From an uncultured virus (IMG/VR IMGVR_UViG_3300037225_000744) (taxonomy: Duplodnaviria > Heunggongvirae > Uroviricota > Caudoviricetes): a stretch of DNA of 20,000 nucleotides. The stretch is taken from IMG/VR virus record IMGVR_UViG_3300037225_000744, one strand, 5' to 3'. Positions 16,328 through 20,000 of the stretch are shown here, piece by piece. Positions within the stretch are counted from its first letter, which is position 1. The number at the start of each line of letters is the position of its first letter. The notes beneath the pieces are model-generated. The model saw nothing but the letters and a program-made list of their open reading frames with translations. It made no database searches and was not told the DNA's origin. The position numbers and the translations under genes were made by a program.

Positions 16328-16544
16328 AGATCCATTTATGAATAATTTAGTTCAAGCAATAGTTAGTTATGCCAATGAGCGACCTGTTAATGAAGTAAAA
16401 ATAGTAGAATGTCTATTGGATATGTATAATGAAGGGGTATTAAATACTAGAATTGAATTTCAAAAAAGAATGAATTTAATATTTGAAGATACAAATTCTT
16501 TATTAAAGGATTATTTAAAAAATCAAAAGGTAAATAAAAGTTGA
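16320..16544 (+). CDS. Hypothetical protein
   Basis: AAGGAGG SD; 74 aa. Confidence 0.7.
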   Translation: MLKDPFMNNLVQAIVSYANERPVNEVKIVECLLDMYNEGVLNTRIEFQKRMNLIFEDTNSLLKDYLKNQKVNKS

Positions 16545-16780
16545 ACATTATTAAATTTATAAAAGAAATTAGAAATGATTTTAAAATAATAAATGAAGTG
16601 TTTAGTAATTATAGATGTTGTGGAAATTGTTTATATGCTATTTATAATGAAAAATTTTTAGTAGATAGATGTAATAAATATGATAAAATTACTAATGGTT
16701 CAAGTAGTTGTAAAAAATGGAAAGATGATAGAGTAGATGCATCAGCAGCAGTAAAACAATTTGATAGAAAAGAAATGTAA
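16541..16780 (+). CDS. Cys-motif hypothetical protein (CCGNC..C..CKKW)
   Basis: TTG start overlapping the upstream stop; 79 aa. Confidence 0.6.
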   Translation: MNIIKFIKEIRNDFKIINEVFSNYRCCGNCLYAIYNEKFLVDRCNKYDKITNGSSSCKKWKDDRVDASAAVKQFDRKEM

Positions 16781-16809
16781 AAACCACCTTTTAATTGAAG
16801 TGGTTTTTA
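16778..16809. terminator. Bidirectional intrinsic terminator between convergent genes
   Basis: TAAAAACCAC (16778-16787) and GTGGTTTTTA (16800-16809) form a perfect inverted repeat with A/T tracts on both sides. Confidence 0.8.
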
Positions 16810-16828
16810 AATAGTCATTGTATTATTT

Positions 16829-17710
16829 CTAGTAAGTTATTTTTTGAATTAAATTTGTTGAATTCCAAAGTATAGTGCAACCAGCAGTTCCAGAAACATT
16901 TGTTACAACATTATTCCCAGAAGTAGTTAATATTATGCCCCAGCTTGATTGATTAGAAGCTGAAAAAGTATTTTGTACTGATCCAACAATAGCTAAATTT
17001 CCACCAGCAACTCTTTTAAATAACCCCCTTTGAACATATGATCCACTATCACCACTTGCAACTATTCCTGAAGGTATAATGCATCTAGCAATAGTTCTAT
17101 TTTCAATCATATAAGATGAACCAGAAGGAATAGCTATATTGTCTAAAACATTTGCAGCGCCATTAGTTGTTTCTAAAGCATTTTGTAATATAATAAAATT
17201 AGGTCTAGGTAATTGTGCATTCTTAGTTTCTATACTAAGAACGGGATCATTTAATGTCGCATGAGAAATAACCCTTCCTTGTATTGCATTATAAAATCCC
17301 AAAGTTCTCATTGATATATCAAAAGATGTTAAAGTAGCTCCTACATAAATACCTTTACCTAATACAACATCATTTGAATTTATAGACCCATAAGCTTTAG
17401 CAGTAAAATCAGCATAATTTCCAACTACATTTAACCATGCATGAGATACTGTAATATAAGGTGTTGCAGAACTAAGTGTTAAAGTAGCAGGAGTACTTGT
17501 TGATAATCCTATTAATTCTCCGGTGGGGCATAAGACTAAGGCTTCTAAAGTGGCAATTAAAATATCATTTCCAGAACTTATAGATAATTGCCCACCACTT
17601 ATTAATCCAGGAGTTATCATATCACCCAGTCTTTTATTTATATTACTTGTAGTAGCACTATCTCCATAATTCAATCTAATTGTTTGTGTTCCATTATCAA
17701 CTACACTCAT
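16829..17710 (-). CDS. Putative virion structural (tail/baseplate) protein
   Basis: 293 aa, G/S/T/N-rich, beta-type composition; downstream of the putative late promoter at 18133-18144. Confidence 0.55.
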   Translation of the reverse strand: MSVVDNGTQTIRLNYGDSATTSNINKRLGDMITPGLISGGQLSISSGNDILIATLEALVLCPTGELIGLSTSTPATLTLSSATPYITVSHAWLNVVGNYADFTAKAYGSINSNDVVLGKGIYVGATLTSFDISMRTLGFYNAIQGRVISHATLNDPVLSIETKNAQLPRPNFIILQNALETTNGAANVLDNIAIPSGSSYMIENRTIARCIIPSGIVASGDSGSYVQRGLFKRVAGGNLAIVGSVQNTFSASNQSSWGIILTTSGNNVVTNVSGTAGCTILWNSTNLIQKITY

Positions 17711-17721
17711 ATTTTTTCTTC

Positions 17722-18105
17722 CTATTTACTAAAAATTTTATATGCTAAGGCATAAAATATTGATCCTATAAAAGTAATTATTGAAATTGTTAAACTATAT
17801 TTTGATTTTAATATAGCATTATCTAATTTCAATTCATTTTTTTCTTCCCCTTCATATTTTTCTTTTCCTAATTCGTCTTTTAAATCTAAAAATTCTTGAC
17901 GTATTACATTTTTTGTTTCTGTAAATCCATCTTTCATATATTGTAGGTGTGTTTGTAATTCTACAATTTTAATAGTATTATCACTAGTATCTTTCTTCAA
18001 TTCAGCTATATCTTGTTTTATATCTCCTATTTTATTTAGAACATCATTTTTAAAACTTTTAAATAATTCTTGTAACAAATCCATATCAGAAATACTCATA
18101 TCCAT
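17722..18105 (-). CDS. Coiled-coil protein with a single C-terminal TM helix (XhlA/holin-like topology)
   Basis: Heptad-rich N-terminal 100 aa, then SLTISIITFIGSIFYALAY; GAGG RBS. Confidence 0.55.
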   Translation of the reverse strand: MDMSISDMDLLQELFKSFKNDVLNKIGDIKQDIAELKKDTSDNTIKIVELQTHLQYMKDGFTETKNVIRQEFLDLKDELGKEKYEGEEKNELKLDNAILKSKYSLTISIITFIGSIFYALAYKIFSK

Positions 18106-18132
18106 AATCCTCTATTTTTTATTTAACACTTT

Positions 18133-18144
18133 TATTTATTAGTA
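18133..18144 (-). promoter_or_regulatory. Putative late promoter TACTAATAAATA on the minus strand
   Basis: Reverse-complement copy of the motif upstream of the 18105 start. Confidence 0.6.
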
Positions 18145-18168
18145 AAAAATATAATTTTTTTTAAATAA

Positions 18169-18189
18169 TTTTTATATATTATAATATAA
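18169..18189 (+). promoter_or_regulatory. Second promoter-like class, TTTTTATATATTATAATATAA
   Basis: Exact 21-mer followed by GGAG and ATG 18200. Confidence 0.65.
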
Positions 18190-18199
18190 GGAGAAAAAT

Positions 18200-18301
18200 A
18201 TGATTATAACTAATTTAAAAATTCTATTAGAATATGTTAAAGCTTTTTCAATTATAATAATTTTATTACTAATTATTGCTTTAATTTACATAACTATATA
18301 A
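18200..18301 (+). CDS. 33-aa hydrophobic membrane peptide, not in the ORF track
   Basis: AAGGAG RBS; MIITNLKILLEYVKAFSIIIILLLIIALIYITI; TAA 18299-18301. Confidence 0.5.
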   Translation: MIITNLKILLEYVKAFSIIIILLLIIALIYITI

Positions 18302-18371
18302 AAAACAATTAAAAATATATCATTTTTTAATAAAAAAATTAATAAAAAATTAAGAAAAAGTGAATTTTTTG

Positions 18372-18411
18372 TTTACTTTTACTTGACATTTTAGTATATT
18401 ATCTATATATT
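18372..18411 (+). promoter_or_regulatory. Two overlapping sigma70-type promoters
   Basis: TTTACT(18372)-N17-TATATT(18395) and TTGACA(18383)-N17-TATATT(18406). Confidence 0.75.
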
Positions 18412-18447
18412 CAATATATAAGAAGATATTAAAAAAGGAGAAAATAA

Positions 18448-18852
18448 ATGAAAAAAATAATTTTAAGTATAATGTTTATAATGTTTATTATAAGTAATCA
18501 AGTATATGCAGAAGAAACTTTATTTTCTGGATCTAAATGGACTACATTAGATACAATTTTACAAAGTACCTATGCTTTTACTCTTATTGCTGATTGGGCT
18601 CAAACAAGACAAATATGTAAATTTGATAATTTACAAGAATCAAATCCAATAATGGGAAGAAATCCTAGTAATAAAACTATAAATATATTTTTTGTAGGTA
18701 ATTTTTTAATTCATACCACTATTTCATATTTTTTACCTAAACCATATAGAACTGTATGGCAAGCTTATTTTATAGGAGTTGAAAAGGAAGCTATTGAGCA
18801 TAATAAAAATAGTGGTATTCATATAAATTTTGGAGGTCATACTATTTATTAA
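18448..18852 (+). CDS. Exported/membrane protein with a signal peptide and D..QT...ESNP motif
   Basis: MKKIILSIMFIMFIISNQVYA signal peptide; ADWAQTRQI...ESNPIMGRNPS; hydrophobic helices. Confidence 0.7.
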   Translation: MKKIILSIMFIMFIISNQVYAEETLFSGSKWTTLDTILQSTYAFTLIADWAQTRQICKFDNLQESNPIMGRNPSNKTINIFFVGNFLIHTTISYFLPKPYRTVWQAYFIGVEKEAIEHNKNSGIHINFGGHTIY

Positions 18853-18866
18853 ATTTTTTGAAGAAG

Positions 18867-18893
18867 AACCTCAAAGCTAAACACTTTAAGGTT
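18867..18893 (-). terminator. Possible terminator hairpin between convergent genes
   Basis: Minus strand reads AACCTTAAAG-TGTTTAG-CTTTGAGGTT (10 bp with one G-U); weak U tract. Confidence 0.4.
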
Positions 18894-18902
18894 GGTGATT
18901 AA

Positions 18903-19580
18903 TTATTCTATATTTTCTTTTTCACTTTGATTTTTTTGTATAAAATAATTTAAAAAAGATCTAAAATCCCCAGTATAAGTTTTATTACCATAATGATTTA
19001 AATTAATACTTGAATCTAAATAAATTTTACCTTTTAACATTCTCCAGTTATTACAAAAAGAAATATCTTCAGATACTAATTCACCATCAACTATAGATAT
19101 ATTAAATATCATTTTTCCTTTCTTATGTGGTTCATTATATTCTTCAGAATTTCCCCATATTTTTGATATTACATTTTTAGAAAGTCTCATAAAAGCGCAA
19201 CCACCTCCTTCTATTTCTATAATTTCATCTTCTAATTTAGATTCTGGTAATATCTTTATTGTGTAAGTTAATTCATCTACTTTTTTACACCCTGTTGCAA
19301 GAATAAAATCTTCTTTACTATCTACTAATTTAAAAAAATCTTCTGGTTTCCATGACATATCAGAGTCAATAAAAAATAAATAATCTACTTCTGATTCATA
19401 AGCCATTTGAAATAAATCATTTCTTGATCTTTGTAAAAGAGCATCATAACATAAAAATATAGGGAATACTTCATCTTTTCTACTACTAGCTAAATATAAA
19501 GTTTGTAAAAGTGAATCAACATATTGAGCATTTAATTTACCATCATAAGATGGTGTACCTATCATTATTTTCAAATTCAT
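18903..19580 (-). CDS. GT-A-fold glycosyltransferase-like protein
   Basis: IMIGTPSYDG, RSRNDL, DxD motif LFFIDSD, GCAFMRL, SEDISFC..W, IYLD..INLNHYG. Confidence 0.75.
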   Translation of the reverse strand: MNLKIMIGTPSYDGKLNAQYVDSLLQTLYLASSRKDEVFPIFLCYDALLQRSRNDLFQMAYESEVDYLFFIDSDMSWKPEDFFKLVDSKEDFILATGCKKVDELTYTIKILPESKLEDEIIEIEGGGCAFMRLSKNVISKIWGNSEEYNEPHKKGKMIFNISIVDGELVSEDISFCNNWRMLKGKIYLDSSINLNHYGNKTYTGDFRSFLNYFIQKNQSEKENIE

Positions 19581-19591
19581 TCTCCTATTAA

Positions 19592-19605
19592 TATAATATA
19601 TAAAA
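19592..19605 (-). promoter_or_regulatory. Partial copy (TTTTATATATTATA) of the second promoter-like class
   Basis: Upstream of the AGGAGA RBS and ATG 19580 on the minus strand. Confidence 0.5.
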
Positions 19606-19615
19606 TAAATAAATT

Positions 19616-20000
19616 TTATACCTCTGGGGTAGTTGACTTCGTATTTTTTTCTAATATTTCTAATCTTACAGATAATTCTTGTACTGCTTTAATGAGAGGA
19701 GCAATAAATTCGGTATATCCTAAAGACAATACATCTTGCCCACCCGTTATTTTATGATCTTTATACCCAGCAAAGTCTATACCTAATTTATCTATAACTT
19801 CTTTTACTTCTTGAGCTATTAATCCTTGATGGTTCCTAATTCGTTTTTTATCAATACCAGATTTAATTTTACCTAAATCTGTTTGTTTTTTATCTATATA
19901 AAATTCTCTATAATTATATTTAAACTGCCTAGGAGTTAAAGCATTTATAAAATCTAATCCTAATTCAGTATCTTTAATATCAATTTTGTCCCTGGCATCT
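19616..20000 (-). CDS. C-terminal intramolecular chaperone (peptidase S74) domain of a tail fibre/spike; 5' end outside the window, missed by the ORF track
   Basis: Minus frame reads DARDKIDIKDTELGLDFINALTPRQFKY...HQGLIAQEVKEV...LSLGYTEFIAPLIKAVQELSVRLEILE, stop at 19616-19618. Confidence 0.9.
   Translation of the reverse strand, partial: DARDKIDIKDTELGLDFINALTPRQFKYNYREFYIDKKQTDLGKIKSGIDKKRIRNHQGLIAQEVKEVIDKLGIDFAGYKDHKITGGQDVLSLGYTEFIAPLIKAVQELSVRLEILEKNTKSTTPEV

Noticed and set aside
18112..18152. 9-bp inverted repeat around the minus-strand late motif, as a second SD-occluding hairpin
   Set aside because: A/T-only stem that does not cover the GAGG core; expected by chance at this composition.
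1..20000. Stop-codon reassignment, as in some large phages
   Set aside because: Long genes are uninterrupted in code 11; TAG and TGA end genes at sensible points next to the following gene start; no suppressor tRNA is seen.
1..20000. CRISPR array or replication-origin iterons
   Set aside because: The repeats found are dispersed promoter/RBS motifs, not regularly spaced arrays.

Overview
This window comes from a very AT-rich, large tailed dsDNA phage of the T4-like/jumbo type. It reads in standard code 11, mostly on the + strand. Structural genes are scattered among many small ORFs: a gp20-like portal, a gp27-like baseplate hub, a putative tail/baseplate protein and the S74 chaperone end of a tail fibre. 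Enzymes include the C-terminus of an RfbH-like sugar dehydratase, a metallophosphoesterase, an HExxH metalloprotease, a DenV-like glycosylase, a primase, a B12-binding radical SAM protein and a glycosyltransferase-like protein; there is also an HU-like protein. A tRNA cluster (Pro, initiator-type Met, Glu, Gln) is split by an intact IS200/IS605 element (tnpA + tnpB, 11322-13086, 3' of TTTAA). Removing the IS in silico restores an 86-nt Glu-Gln spacer that folds end to end, and its 3' arm is the predicted TnpB guide. Three distinct repeated promoter-like motifs are visible. One sits inside a hairpin that would hide the baseplate-hub Shine-Dalgarno. All protein calls come from motif recognition by eye; no database search was run.
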